From positions 7,563-71,562 of the forward strand of contig JALGSU010000013.1 in NCBI GenBank assembly GCA_029821735.1: a DNA stretch of 64,000 bases, in the 5' to 3' direction. This DNA comes from Candidatus Zipacnadia bacterium (GTDB lineage Bacteria; Armatimonadota; Zipacnadia; Zipacnadales; UBA5352). The notes under the pieces are model-generated. The model was not told the DNA's origin and made no database searches. It saw only the letters and a list, made by a program, of their open reading frames with translations. The position numbers were made by a program, and so were the translations under genes. This document shows, piece after piece, positions 9,561 through 18,962 of the stretch. How positions within the stretch are numbered: the first letter of the stretch is position 1; every line of letters starts with the position of its first letter.

Positions 9561-11696
9561 TCAGTCCGTCCGCACCCAGTCGTCGCCACGCTTCTCCCAA
9601 GTCGCGCCGCCGCGCACTCGGCGCAACGGCCAGCCACGGCCATACCACGCATGATCGACGATCATCTGCGTCTCCCCGGCGCCGTAGCCATAGTGAAGTT
9701 CCTCGGTCTTGAAGCCATCCGCCGCGAACAGTTCGCGGGAGCGCAGCCGCGGTGACTCGCCTGGCTGCCACGTCTGTCGCTCGGCAAGTAGCCCGTCGGC
9801 GTATCTCTCCCGGCGGCACGCGAAGCCGTCAGCGTTCACGTCCTCGGCGGAGGCGAGGCGTCCTCCCTCATAGCGCTCGACGCGGAAGATGCCCTCGATG
9901 CGGTGGCGCAGAGCGCGCTCAGCCCGCGCCGCCTCCAGTGCCTGCTCCCGGCGCATCAAGTGTCCGTCCGCCCGCCACTCGTCCATGACCCAGGAAAAGT
10001 CGTCGGGGATCTCGGCCAGCACGTGCATCCGCGCGCCGGCGGGTACGGTCACTTCACGACTCGGCGCGCTCGCGAGGCCGCCCCACTCGACCGCGACTGC
10101 GCGGTAGGCACCCGCCCCCAACGCCTGCTCGCTGCCCGGCGCCAAGGGTTGGTCGGTCACTGGCTCGCCATTGCGCTGCAGATGGTAGCCGCGGGTCTCG
10201 CGGTGATTCTCACCTGGGATGACCTCCAACACGCCCTCACGCAGGCGCAGCCAGGGCGCGTCCGGGAGGCGCACCACGCTCATGAACACATCGGTTTGCC
10301 GCTGGTGAAGCAGCGGGCTCTCCTCGTCCATCCCTGCCTCCCGCACCGCGCGCAGCAGCATCGGCAGAGGCCCGATCGCGCGTCCTTGCTCCTCTGCCGT
10401 CATCCGCCGCGCTCCGAAGTCAGTGACGTCGAGCCCGGACTTGAGCGCCTCGCGCCCGCCGGTGCTGTAGCGATGGCGCTCCAGCCCGTCGAAGCTCGTG
10501 TCGGTCTTCGATGTGTAGCCGATGACCTCGGTGAGCACCTCGATCTCGCCGGAAGCGGGGAAGCCCGCAGTGCTGGCCACACGCACGCTGCTCTGGTCGG
10601 TGAGAGTCTCACTCAGGTGCGTCCACGGTGCGGTGGCGAAGGGGTAGTTGGAGACGAAGCATATCTTCGTGCCATCCGGGCTGCCTTTTGGGTCAGCGTC
10701 ATAGGGCCCGGAGTTATCGATGACGCTGGCCGGGTAGCACAGCTCCGAGGGCGCGCGCGGCAGCGTGACACCGTCGCCCGTGCGCAGGTCGGCGATGCCA
10801 TAGTCTCCGCAGATCCAGCGCCCCGATCGGCCGCAGGCGCTGATGTCGCCGAAGCCCATCCACGAGAGGACGTGCGCGTCGCTTGGGAAGGGTTGGTCCC
10901 AGCGCCGCCCGCGCGCCCGTCCGTTGCCGATGAGTTGCCACGTGCCGTCGCCCGACCAGGCACAGTGCACGTTCTCAATCATGGGCACGCCGACGCGCCT
11001 GTTGCTGCCGTCGTAGCCCATCCACATGCGCGCAGACGCAAAGGGCCCATCGAGCTTGCAGCGCATGGAGATCATGTCATGTTCGGCGTTGCACAGCGGC
11101 CGGTTGGCCGGGTTGAGTTCACATATCTGCTTGAGTTCGGCATTCGGCTCAATCCGAGCGCGCACGATCCGGCGCGGTGTTTCGTCGGGGTTGTCGTAGC
11201 GCCAGCGATTGCCGAAGATCCAGCGATCCAGGCGGTCGGTCGAACCCAGCGCCTGCATATCGCGTGTGGCCACGATCTCCTCGCCCGTCTGCATATCCAC
11301 GCGGATGACCTCAGAGGCTGCCTCCCATGAGTCCTCGGGCCCGCGATTCGTGCGCACGTAGAAGAGCCAGTTGTGTTGCTGAGCCCAGCGCGGACTTGAG
11401 CCCAGGCCGACAAGCCGGTCCTCCCCGGTCTGCAGGTCGATCACCCGCACCTCCTGTGGGTCGAGGTGGTGCAGGTCAGGCGTGACGAAGCGCGTGACGC
11501 AGATGTAGCGACCATCGGGGCTGAAGCAGTTCGTGTTGTGGTAGTTCGCGTGATCGCGGATCGCGGGGTCGTGCGTCAACCGCCAGTACTCTATCACGTG
11601 GCTGTCCACCACCGAGTCTGCAAAGCGCGTAATCTCTGCTCTCGCGGAGACCAGCGCGGTCACCATCAATGCCACTGCTAAGACCGTCCGGAGCAT
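9561..11696 (-). CDS. secreted beta-propeller protein (TolB/PD40-like or oligogalacturonide-lyase-like)
   Basis: Signal peptide is MLRTVLAVALMVTALVSARA. PD40-like units are present (NTNCFSPDGRYICVTR, GSPDGTKICFVSN). GGGAGGG sits 6 nt upstream of ATG 11696. The C-terminal ~100 aa has G/W/Y-rich repeats. Confidence 0.6.
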   Translation of the reverse strand: MLRTVLAVALMVTALVSARAEITRFADSVVDSHVIEYWRLTHDPAIRDHANYHNTNCFSPDGRYICVTRFVTPDLHHLDPQEVRVIDLQTGEDRLVGLGSSPRWAQQHNWLFYVRTNRGPEDSWEAASEVIRVDMQTGEEIVATRDMQALGSTDRLDRWIFGNRWRYDNPDETPRRIVRARIEPNAELKQICELNPANRPLCNAEHDMISMRCKLDGPFASARMWMGYDGSNRRVGVPMIENVHCAWSGDGTWQLIGNGRARGRRWDQPFPSDAHVLSWMGFGDISACGRSGRWICGDYGIADLRTGDGVTLPRAPSELCYPASVIDNSGPYDADPKGSPDGTKICFVSNYPFATAPWTHLSETLTDQSSVRVASTAGFPASGEIEVLTEVIGYTSKTDTSFDGLERHRYSTGGREALKSGLDVTDFGARRMTAEEQGRAIGPLPMLLRAVREAGMDEESPLLHQRQTDVFMSVVRLPDAPWLRLREGVLEVIPGENHRETRGYHLQRNGEPVTDQPLAPGSEQALGAGAYRAVAVEWGGLASAPSREVTVPAGARMHVLAEIPDDFSWVMDEWRADGHLMRREQALEAARAERALRHRIEGIFRVERYEGGRLASAEDVNADGFACRRERYADGLLAERQTWQPGESPRLRSRELFAADGFKTEELHYGYGAGETQMIVDHAWYGRGWPLRRVRGGATWEKRGDDWVRTD

Positions 11697-11954
11697 CACA
11701 GGCCCTCCCGAATGCAGCCGGTCATACGTGCTCGCGTAGGTTGTCCCGCGTTACTGCGCGCACCTCCACAAACGAGGGCATTGCGCGTTGCCTGCGGCGA
11801 TTCTTCGCCACAGGCAGGAACATACGCAGGCATCGGCTAATACGATATGGATGGTGACAAATCGTGGGGGAAGTGGTACGTAGTTGGCGTCGCCGCGCCT
11901 GGCTCGGATCCGCGTCCCTGGCGACGCCCGCCAGAGGGCAGCGAGGTGGACGGA

Positions 11955-12887
11955 ATGTCACTGCTCAGGAAGTTCCTGCGCCGTGCTGTGGTCGCCGTCG
12001 TTCTACTGGCAGTGCTGTTTGGCAGCGCGTATCTCGGGGGCTGGCCATGGTTTGCTTTCGTCACCGCTCTGGCGCTGGTGGCGCTTAGCGAATACTACTC
12101 GGCCGTCAGGACCAAAGAGATCCGCCCGGACAAGTATCTCGGATGGCTGTGCGCCATCATGATTCTGTTCGCCGCACAGCTCGGCGAGGATGTGCGCGCG
12201 CTTGCGGGGCCCCACAACCCCACTGCACTCTACGGCGACGTTGGCCTGTCGGCGGCGGCAGACGTTCTACAGATCACCCTCTTCATACTGCTGTTCTGCG
12301 TCGCCGGTACTATGGTCTCCCAGTTCAAGCCCAGGAACGTCGGGTCCCCCATCGTCAACTCAGCGACCACGGTCTTTGGCGTCGTCTACATCGGCGTGAT
12401 GCTATCCTTCGTTCTGCGCATGCGCTACCTGGACATCCCCGCCCTGGTGGGTGTGGAAACGGCCAGTGGCTTCTCCCACGAATTGGGCGCGCTGATCTTC
12501 GTCATCGCGTCGGTATGGTCGTGCGATACCGCGGCCTACCTCGGCGGAAACCTTCTTGGGAGGCGCAAGCTCGCGCCACTGGTCAGTCCTAACAAAACCA
12601 TAGAGGGTTCCATGGCTGGCTTTCTGGCCGCCATCGTCGTCGCCGTGGTCGTCGGACGCTGGCTCGGGCTGCCCGGTCGACACTGCGTTCTGCTCGGGGC
12701 CATGATGGGTGTCGTCGGGCAACTCGGCGACTTGGGGAAATCGGTGCTCAAGCGGGACGCTGCCATCAAGGATTTCAGTTCGCTCTTCGGCCCTCACGGC
12801 GGCGTGCTTGATCGGTTCGATGCCATCCTGGTGTGCATGCCGCTGGTCTACTGGTACTTCTGGTTCTTCTGGCTCAGCCGAGGTTAG
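11955..12887 (+). CDS. cdsA: phosphatidate cytidylyltransferase (CDP-diglyceride synthase)
   Basis: There is a full match to the CdsA signature S-x-L-K-R-x4-K-D-x-S-x2-F-G-x-H-G-G-x-x-D-R (SVLKRDAAIKDFSSLFGPHGGVLDRFD), plus SPNKTIEGSMAGF. The protein is polytopic and hydrophobic. The start is placed at MSLLRKFLRR; the track ORF begins 108 nt earlier with non-membrane junk. Confidence 0.92.
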   Translation: MSLLRKFLRRAVVAVVLLAVLFGSAYLGGWPWFAFVTALALVALSEYYSAVRTKEIRPDKYLGWLCAIMILFAAQLGEDVRALAGPHNPTALYGDVGLSAAADVLQITLFILLFCVAGTMVSQFKPRNVGSPIVNSATTVFGVVYIGVMLSFVLRMRYLDIPALVGVETASGFSHELGALIFVIASVWSCDTAAYLGGNLLGRRKLAPLVSPNKTIEGSMAGFLAAIVVAVVVGRWLGLPGRHCVLLGAMMGVVGQLGDLGKSVLKRDAAIKDFSSLFGPHGGVLDRFDAILVCMPLVYWYFWFFWLSRG

Positions 12888-12919
12888 GGCCAACGCTTTC
12901 ACGAGAGGCGGCGGTGTTG

Positions 12920-13528
12920 ATGTCTGAAGAGAAGACGGTGCTGCAGAGCTTCGGGACTCCAGCCAATGCGCTCACTTTCTCACGCCTGATCTTCCTGCCG
13001 GTAGTGGTATACGGGCTGGTCACGAACCAGCACTGGGTGGCAGTCGGAGCCATGTTCCTGGCGTGGCTGACAGACCTGCTCGACGGAAGAGTAGCGCGCA
13101 TGATGGGCCAGGGCGGGACGCCGTTCGGCAAGGCTCTGGACAGCACCATCGACTTCGCGCTGATCTACTTCCTGTTCATCGCCTTCTACGCGGCGGGACG
13201 CCTGGAGACCTTCCAGTTTGCCTTCCTCTACCTGGCGATGGTCATGATCCTGACCCTCCAGTTCTTTCTGCAGGGCACAGGCCAGGACGACGAGGTGGCA
13301 ACCACCAAGTTCGGCAAGCCGACCGGCGCGCTCCAGTATCTCTACCTGCTGTTCCTGGTGGTCTTGGAGATCCCCGCAGTGGCCGCAGTCGAGGTAATGG
13401 CGACCATACATATGGTCTACTTCTGGGTGCTGGCGGCGGCCATCGTGCTCAACACCATCGAGATCCTGCTGATGCTTGGCAAGATGGGGCGTGAGGCAGC
13501 GCCAGTGGAGACCTCGCCAGACGCCTGA
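12920..13528 (+). CDS. CDP-alcohol phosphatidyltransferase family protein (PgsA-like)
   Basis: The motif D-G-x2-A-R-x9-G-x3-D-x3-D is present (DLLDGRVARMMGQGGTPFGKALDSTIDFAL). The protein has multiple TM helices and lies directly downstream of cdsA, with ATG at 12920. Confidence 0.85.
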   Translation: MSEEKTVLQSFGTPANALTFSRLIFLPVVVYGLVTNQHWVAVGAMFLAWLTDLLDGRVARMMGQGGTPFGKALDSTIDFALIYFLFIAFYAAGRLETFQFAFLYLAMVMILTLQFFLQGTGQDDEVATTKFGKPTGALQYLYLLFLVVLEIPAVAAVEVMATIHMVYFWVLAAAIVLNTIEILLMLGKMGREAAPVETSPDA

Positions 13529-13549
13529 GGTCGGGGGCGTCTGGCGAGG
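13512..13549. terminator. GC-rich hairpin between convergent genes (possible bidirectional terminator)
   Basis: A perfect 14-bp stem (13512-13525 pairing with 13536-13549) has a 10-nt loop that contains the TGA of the phosphatidyltransferase gene. It lies in the 38-nt gap between convergent genes. Neither side has a U-tract. Confidence 0.4.
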
Positions 13550-13566
13550 GGCGGCGCCTGCCGCCT

Positions 13567-14058
13567 TCAATCATCTGCCGGCCACGCCCAGCGAGCATTG
13601 TTGTCGCCCTTTGCCTGGCGCCCAGTCATACGCGTTACCTTAATTGCCACGGCCCCACAGGCCTGGGCACGTTCCGGCGTGATCGGTCCAAAGGTCTGTT
13701 CCGGGGTTGAGTAGCGCGCCTGGAAGGACGTCAGGACTTCCAGGCGCTCCTCGAGATCATCGATCACTCGCGCCGAACCCCAGCAGATGACGCTGACGAA
13801 TGGCGGGTCGCATTTCTGGCCCTGATGCTCTCGCGGCGGACCATCCTGTCGGCAGACCTCAAAGCAAACGTTTGGCTGAGCGCGGATCATGTCCAGTTTG
13901 CGGCCTTGCAGGGCGCAATGGAACAGGATGCGCCCTTCGTCATAGGTGTAGTTGAGCGGCACCAGGTACACCTCCCCGTCGGCAGCCATGGCCAAGTGGC
14001 CCACTGCCTCGGAGCGGAGTATGGCTTCCATCTGTGCCTTGTCGTCCATTTGCGGCAT
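13567..14058 (-). CDS. pyridoxamine 5'-phosphate oxidase family FMN-binding protein
   Basis: At 163 aa, MDDKAQMEAILRSEAVGHLAMAADGEVYLVPLNYTYDEGRILFHCALQGRKLDMIRAQPNVCFEV is a typical PNPOx-like split-barrel N-terminus. AGGAGG sits 5 nt upstream of ATG 14058. The upstream part of the track ORF is Arg-rich junk. Confidence 0.85.
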   Translation of the reverse strand: MPQMDDKAQMEAILRSEAVGHLAMAADGEVYLVPLNYTYDEGRILFHCALQGRKLDMIRAQPNVCFEVCRQDGPPREHQGQKCDPPFVSVICWGSARVIDDLEERLEVLTSFQARYSTPEQTFGPITPERAQACGAVAIKVTRMTGRQAKGDNNARWAWPADD

Positions 14059-14579
14059 GATAGCCTCCTGAGTTGGGATTGGCCCGCAGTTAGCCTCGGG
14101 CGCGGACGTGGATGGCGGGTCACGTCTCACGCCGCCTGCCGGTCGCCACGAACGATACCAGTCCCCATATGGTGCTCTTGCCGGAGCCCAGTGAGTGGTG
14201 CCACCTCGCCTGAGAAGCCTAAGGCTTCTCCTAAGAGGAAGCCGTGTTTCCTCCGTGTTGTCGTGCTTTCGCCATCGGCTCACAAGCACCTGCGCTTACA
14301 ACTGCCCGCCGAAGATCTCGCCGTCGAGAAGCTCTGTGCAGCCCGGCCGTGGCAGATCACCTCGCACACCGATGCTTCTGCGTTCTTGCCCCCCGTTTCG
14401 GTCTTGAGGGGACATCTTGCTGTCGTGGGTCGGTTATTGTTGCCGTGGCGTCGGTGCCCGACGAAGTCCTCGGGCGTCGCATTCCCGGGCGTGGCTGCAG
14501 AGGACAGCAGGCAGCATGGGGAGAAGCACAAGAGGTAGCATGAAAGTAGCGGCCATTCCGCCGGACAGGTGGCGTAGCG

Positions 14580-17500
14580 ATGACAGCGCTCTCGACGCGA
14601 TTGACGATTGTGGGATTGATGGTGGGGTTGGCGGCCACCTGCGCCGCCCAGGAACCGCTCATTCCAGACGGGCAGGAGGCGCAGGTCTGGCAGGCGTGGG
14701 GCGATCCGGGAGATGCGAAGATCAGCTTCGCAGTTGACGGCGAGACCGTGTGCGACGGGACGGCATCGCTGAGAGTGGACGTAGACGTGTCGCCAGGGCC
14801 GGGGTTCTGGCCGGCGATCGGGCTCGCCCTGCCTCAAGAGCTGGAGCTGTCGCCGCACGCGCTGCTGGAGGTGCGCGTGCATGTGCCGACGGATGCGGGG
14901 GCGCTGCCGGCGGGGACGGTGTCGCTGGCGCTGACCGCCGGGGGGAGCACTGTCAGTAGCGCGCAACTGGGTGACGCGAAACCGGGCGAGTGGAATCTGA
15001 TGCGCCTGGGCTTGGGCGCGGCCGGCGAGGGCGGCAGGCGGGTGAAGCTGGCGTTTCGGCCGGTGGACGGGATTGATCCGGGAACGTTCGTGTTTCACGT
15101 GGACGGGGTGAAGCTGGTGGCCGGGGGCGCGGGACATGAGGCGATTGCGGCGCTGAAGGACCTGCATATCGAGACTACGCTGTTTGCGGACGGTCAGGCG
15201 CAGGCAGCGATAGTGGCACCCGCGGAAGGACGGTATGCGGATGCTGTGGCGACCTTGCAGGCCGCGGTGAAGCGTTGTTGTGGCGAGGAGCTGCCAGTAA
15301 TTGGCGATGACGCAGGGACGCCCGCTGAGCTGCTGGCGGAGCGGGGGTTGATCGTGCTCGGGAACATGAACAGCTCGCGCGTGATGGAGACGCTCTATCG
15401 CGAGTATTACACCTTCCTCGATCTGAAGTACCCTGGGGCCGGAGGGTCCGTGGTCCGATCGCTGCACAATCCGTATGCCACCGGGCGCAACGCGATACTG
15501 GTGGGCGGGAGCGATGACGCTGGGGTGGCGCGGGCAGCGGAGGTAATGGCCGGAGTGCTGGAGGCGGGAGATCCGTTGCGCGTCGGCTGGCTGATGGAGA
15601 TCGAACTCGGGGAGGGCATGACTGCGCCAGAGATCGGCGAGACAATCTTCGGGTGGCGGGACAGCTACCGGGTGCGGCCGGATGGTCAGCAGATAGGATA
15701 TGACCCGTGCACGTATTTCGGGTGGAACGAGATCAGCGCGCAGGCGGCGCTGTACTACATGACGGGAGAGCGCAAGTATCTGGACGAGTTCGTGCGAATG
15801 GCCCTGCCTGACCCGGACAACGTACCGGCGGCGGTTCGGACCTCAAGCGCGTTCTACAGCATGGAGCATCCGCTGGTGGAGAACTACCACTACCGGTCGC
15901 ACCTCGATGACCTGATGTGGGACCTGATCGAGGAGAGCCCGCTGCTCAGTGACGAGGTTCGACTGCGGATCACGAACGAGTTGCGCGACCATCAGGATTT
16001 CATCGACGCTGAGGATGACTACAAGCCCCTGACGGGGATGTCGCGGCACGGGTCGTATGACGCGCTGTGCATCTTCACAGGCAGCAGGTATTTCGCGAAA
16101 TACTACCCGGCACCGCGCTGGGAGGTGCGGCTGGAGAACATGCGCCAGGCGTTTGGCTGGTGGCTGACCGAGCCCACCTGGGGAGAGCTGGACACGCTCA
16201 GATGGATCAGCACGTCAATCGAGCCGGTGCTGGAGTATTGGCTGCTGGCCGGATCTGACGCCTATGTGGAGAGCGGGGCGGCGCGTCGGATGATGTCGGC
16301 GCAGGAGATTCTGTGGGGCGGGCAGGCGTATGAGGAGTGCACGAAGGACCAAACGATAAGCCTGATGCACAAGGGGGCGTATTTGCTCGGTGACGGCCGG
16401 TTCGTCTGGATGCTGCGGGAGACGGGGTTCGATTTCAGCGGCTTTCGGATCGGACAGTCGTGGTGGCCGGGGCCGGAGATGGCCATCGAGCTGCCCACGG
16501 ACCGGGTCGATCGTGTCTCGGTGATGCCGCTGGCGCAGAAGGATGCCGATCGTGCGCGCGCACCGTTCGGAGCCGAGGAGGGCTATCAGTTCTTGAGCTA
16601 CCGGACCGGCACCGGGCCCGGTGACGGGTTCTTCTTCCTCGACGGTCACAACGGTGGCGGGCGTAACCCACATCACGTGTCGGCGCTGAAATATCTGCGG
16701 CAGGGCGGGCGCCGGTTGCTTGAGGGATACGGGAACATGGTGACTGTCCTGCGTGACGGGATGGCCGAGAACAGCGTGGCGCGGGCAGCCCGGCTCGAAG
16801 GCACGGTGGCGCTCGACGATCTGGCGTGGGTGCGCAGCACGGTGCCCAACGATTCGTGGTCATCGTGGCAGCGCGACATTCTGTGGGTGGATGAGCGCTT
16901 CACGATTGTGGCCGATACGGTGACCGCGCGTGAGGCCGGACAGTTCGAGATTGCGTGCCGCTGGGCACCGATGGGACAGGTGCACTCAGCGCCAGAGGGG
17001 ATGCGCGGGGTGCAGCAGAACTCCGATCGACCAGCGACCGTGCTGTGCGCGACGCCGGCGACCACATCGGTGGAGGCCGGGCATTTCGTCGAGAAACGTA
17101 ATCTGACGCTGGAGGCGGGCGCGGCCGCGGCGTTCATCAATGTCATCTACGGGACGCGGGCTCGGGACACCTACCCATACACCATCAGGCCGGTCGCCGA
17201 GAACATCGCAGTCCTGGGTGGCGAGATCGAGGCGCTGGTCATCGTCGGGGAAGCGACGACGAGAGCGGCGGCTTTGAGCGTGGACGCCGAGGTGTCCATG
17301 CTGTCGGCCGAGCGAGTCAGCATGATGCAGGCACACTCGCTCGCGGGAGATGCGCAACTGATCAGCGCCAGTGCGCCGGTGTCACTGTCGTGGCGACTGA
17401 CCGAGGGTACGCTGGTGGCGGAGTGTGCGGAGGACGTGACGCTGGCACTGGCACTGGCGCCGGATGCGGCACCAACGGCGGATGGGGAGGCGGTGGCCAT

Positions 17501-18845
17501 CGTCGCGGCCGACGGGCTGGTGAGTCTGCAACTTGCGGCCGGGAGGCATAAACTGGAGGGGGCGTCGCCGAGCGCGGATGTGGCGGCGACCGTGGCTCGA
17601 GCGATCGATAGCGCGCCGACGGCGACAGGCGATGACGCTGACGGCGAGGATCGTGTCGCGGAGCCAGAGGCGCTGGCCGAGGTGTGGCGGACAGACGCGG
17701 GTGGGCCGGTGGACCTGCTCGCGGCAGCGCCCGCAGCGGGTGCAGCGACGGATGTCGTGTGGGCGGCGACGAGTGAGGAGCCGGGGCTGGCGATCATCGG
17801 TCCGGATGGCCAGATGGTGCGGCGCATAGCACTGCCTGCGAGGGCCAATGCGCTGGTGCTGGTGCCCGCTAAGACTGGCGATCAGGGGATGCTGGCGGGT
17901 GGCGAGGACGATCTGCTGCGGCGGTACACCCCGGACGGGGAGTCCCTGTGGGAGGCGACCTCAACCGTATCGACCGACTACGAAGTCGGCGATCGGTATC
18001 AGGCGCCGTGGTTTACCGACCCGGAGCGGAAGTGGGGCATCCGATCGCTGCTGGTGGCCGACGTGACGGGTACGGGTCAATCGGAGATCGTGGCCGGACG
18101 ACCGAGCACGGTTGAGTATTGGTCACTTGCGGGCGAGCTGATTAAACGAGTGGCCGTGGAATGGGGCGATGCGAGCGATCTGGCGCTGCTGTCAACCGAC
18201 GATGGCCCGCGCGTGCTGGTGGGCAAGTCGTTCACAGGACACGCGGCCATCAGCTTTCTGAATGCGAAACGGGAAGTGCAGGGCCATGGCTACAACGCGA
18301 TCGCGCAGGACGCGACACACATGGGAGCGTGGATGCAGCAGAGCGTGACACCGGTCTTCACGCACGAGATGAACGGTGATGGTCAGGAGGACGTCGTCGC
18401 GGCGCGCACCGGTCACTGGAATGAGGTGCGGGTCGCGGATGGGGCGACCGCCGCGTGCCTGTGGCAGCGCAGCTTCGGGCCCGGGCCACAACGCGTGGGG
18501 ATTGTCCGTACCGTGACAGCGGCCGACCTGGCAGAGGCGGAGGGCGTGGAAGTCGCGGTCGGGCTGGCGAACGGGTGGCTATGCTGCTTCGACCGAGAGG
18601 GCCAGCCGCTATATTCGCGCCTGCTGCCAGCGGGAGTGACGGCGGCGGTCGTGGCAGGCGGGCGACTCGTGGTGGGACTCTCGGACGGGCAGGTGCTGGT
18701 GATGTCGGAGGCGGGCGAAGTGCTGCGGGCTGCCGAGCTTGGATCAGCAGTGACGGCCCTTGTGGTCACGGAGGAATTGTGGCAGGGCGGCCCGGCAGTG
18801 GTCGCGGGAACGTCGGAGGGGCTGGTGGTGGGGCTGGCGCCGTAA
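14580..18845 (+). CDS. giant secreted protein A: N-terminal jelly-roll/CBM-like module, alpha/beta module, degenerate heparinase II/III-like region, C-terminal FG-GAP-type propeller
   Basis: Signal peptide is LTIVGLMVGLAATCAAQEP. It is a full-length paralogue of 44423..49192 (for example YPGAGGSVVRSLHNPYATGRNAILVGGSDDAGVARAAEVM versus YPGNGGYEVRTVPDPWGTGRNLICLGASDIAGARAGVEAL). FG-GAP-like units include VADVTGTGQSEIVAG and EMNGDGQEDVVAA. AGGTGG sits 7 nt upstream of the ATG. Confidence 0.85.
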   Translation: MTALSTRLTIVGLMVGLAATCAAQEPLIPDGQEAQVWQAWGDPGDAKISFAVDGETVCDGTASLRVDVDVSPGPGFWPAIGLALPQELELSPHALLEVRVHVPTDAGALPAGTVSLALTAGGSTVSSAQLGDAKPGEWNLMRLGLGAAGEGGRRVKLAFRPVDGIDPGTFVFHVDGVKLVAGGAGHEAIAALKDLHIETTLFADGQAQAAIVAPAEGRYADAVATLQAAVKRCCGEELPVIGDDAGTPAELLAERGLIVLGNMNSSRVMETLYREYYTFLDLKYPGAGGSVVRSLHNPYATGRNAILVGGSDDAGVARAAEVMAGVLEAGDPLRVGWLMEIELGEGMTAPEIGETIFGWRDSYRVRPDGQQIGYDPCTYFGWNEISAQAALYYMTGERKYLDEFVRMALPDPDNVPAAVRTSSAFYSMEHPLVENYHYRSHLDDLMWDLIEESPLLSDEVRLRITNELRDHQDFIDAEDDYKPLTGMSRHGSYDALCIFTGSRYFAKYYPAPRWEVRLENMRQAFGWWLTEPTWGELDTLRWISTSIEPVLEYWLLAGSDAYVESGAARRMMSAQEILWGGQAYEECTKDQTISLMHKGAYLLGDGRFVWMLRETGFDFSGFRIGQSWWPGPEMAIELPTDRVDRVSVMPLAQKDADRARAPFGAEEGYQFLSYRTGTGPGDGFFFLDGHNGGGRNPHHVSALKYLRQGGRRLLEGYGNMVTVLRDGMAENSVARAARLEGTVALDDLAWVRSTVPNDSWSSWQRDILWVDERFTIVADTVTAREAGQFEIACRWAPMGQVHSAPEGMRGVQQNSDRPATVLCATPATTSVEAGHFVEKRNLTLEAGAAAAFINVIYGTRARDTYPYTIRPVAENIAVLGGEIEALVIVGEATTRAAALSVDAEVSMLSAERVSMMQAHSLAGDAQLISASAPVSLSWRLTEGTLVAECAEDVTLALALAPDAAPTADGEAVAIVAADGLVSLQLAAGRHKLEGASPSADVAATVARAIDSAPTATGDDADGEDRVAEPEALAEVWRTDAGGPVDLLAAAPAAGAATDVVWAATSEEPGLAIIGPDGQMVRRIALPARANALVLVPAKTGDQGMLAGGEDDLLRRYTPDGESLWEATSTVSTDYEVGDRYQAPWFTDPERKWGIRSLLVADVTGTGQSEIVAGRPSTVEYWSLAGELIKRVAVEWGDASDLALLSTDDGPRVLVGKSFTGHAAISFLNAKREVQGHGYNAIAQDATHMGAWMQQSVTPVFTHEMNGDGQEDVVAARTGHWNEVRVADGATAACLWQRSFGPGPQRVGIVRTVTAADLAEAEGVEVAVGLANGWLCCFDREGQPLYSRLLPAGVTAAVVAGGRLVVGLSDGQVLVMSEAGEVLRAAELGSAVTALVVTEELWQGGPAVVAGTSEGLVVGLAP

Positions 18846-18962
18846 AGGTGGCGCCTCCTGAAGCACGGACCTCACACAACATCGGGACGCTCGTCAGGGA
18901 TCAGATCAAATAGCGCACGAGTTGCTCGCCACGAAAAACGCATATCAGAGAGGAAACTGGTC

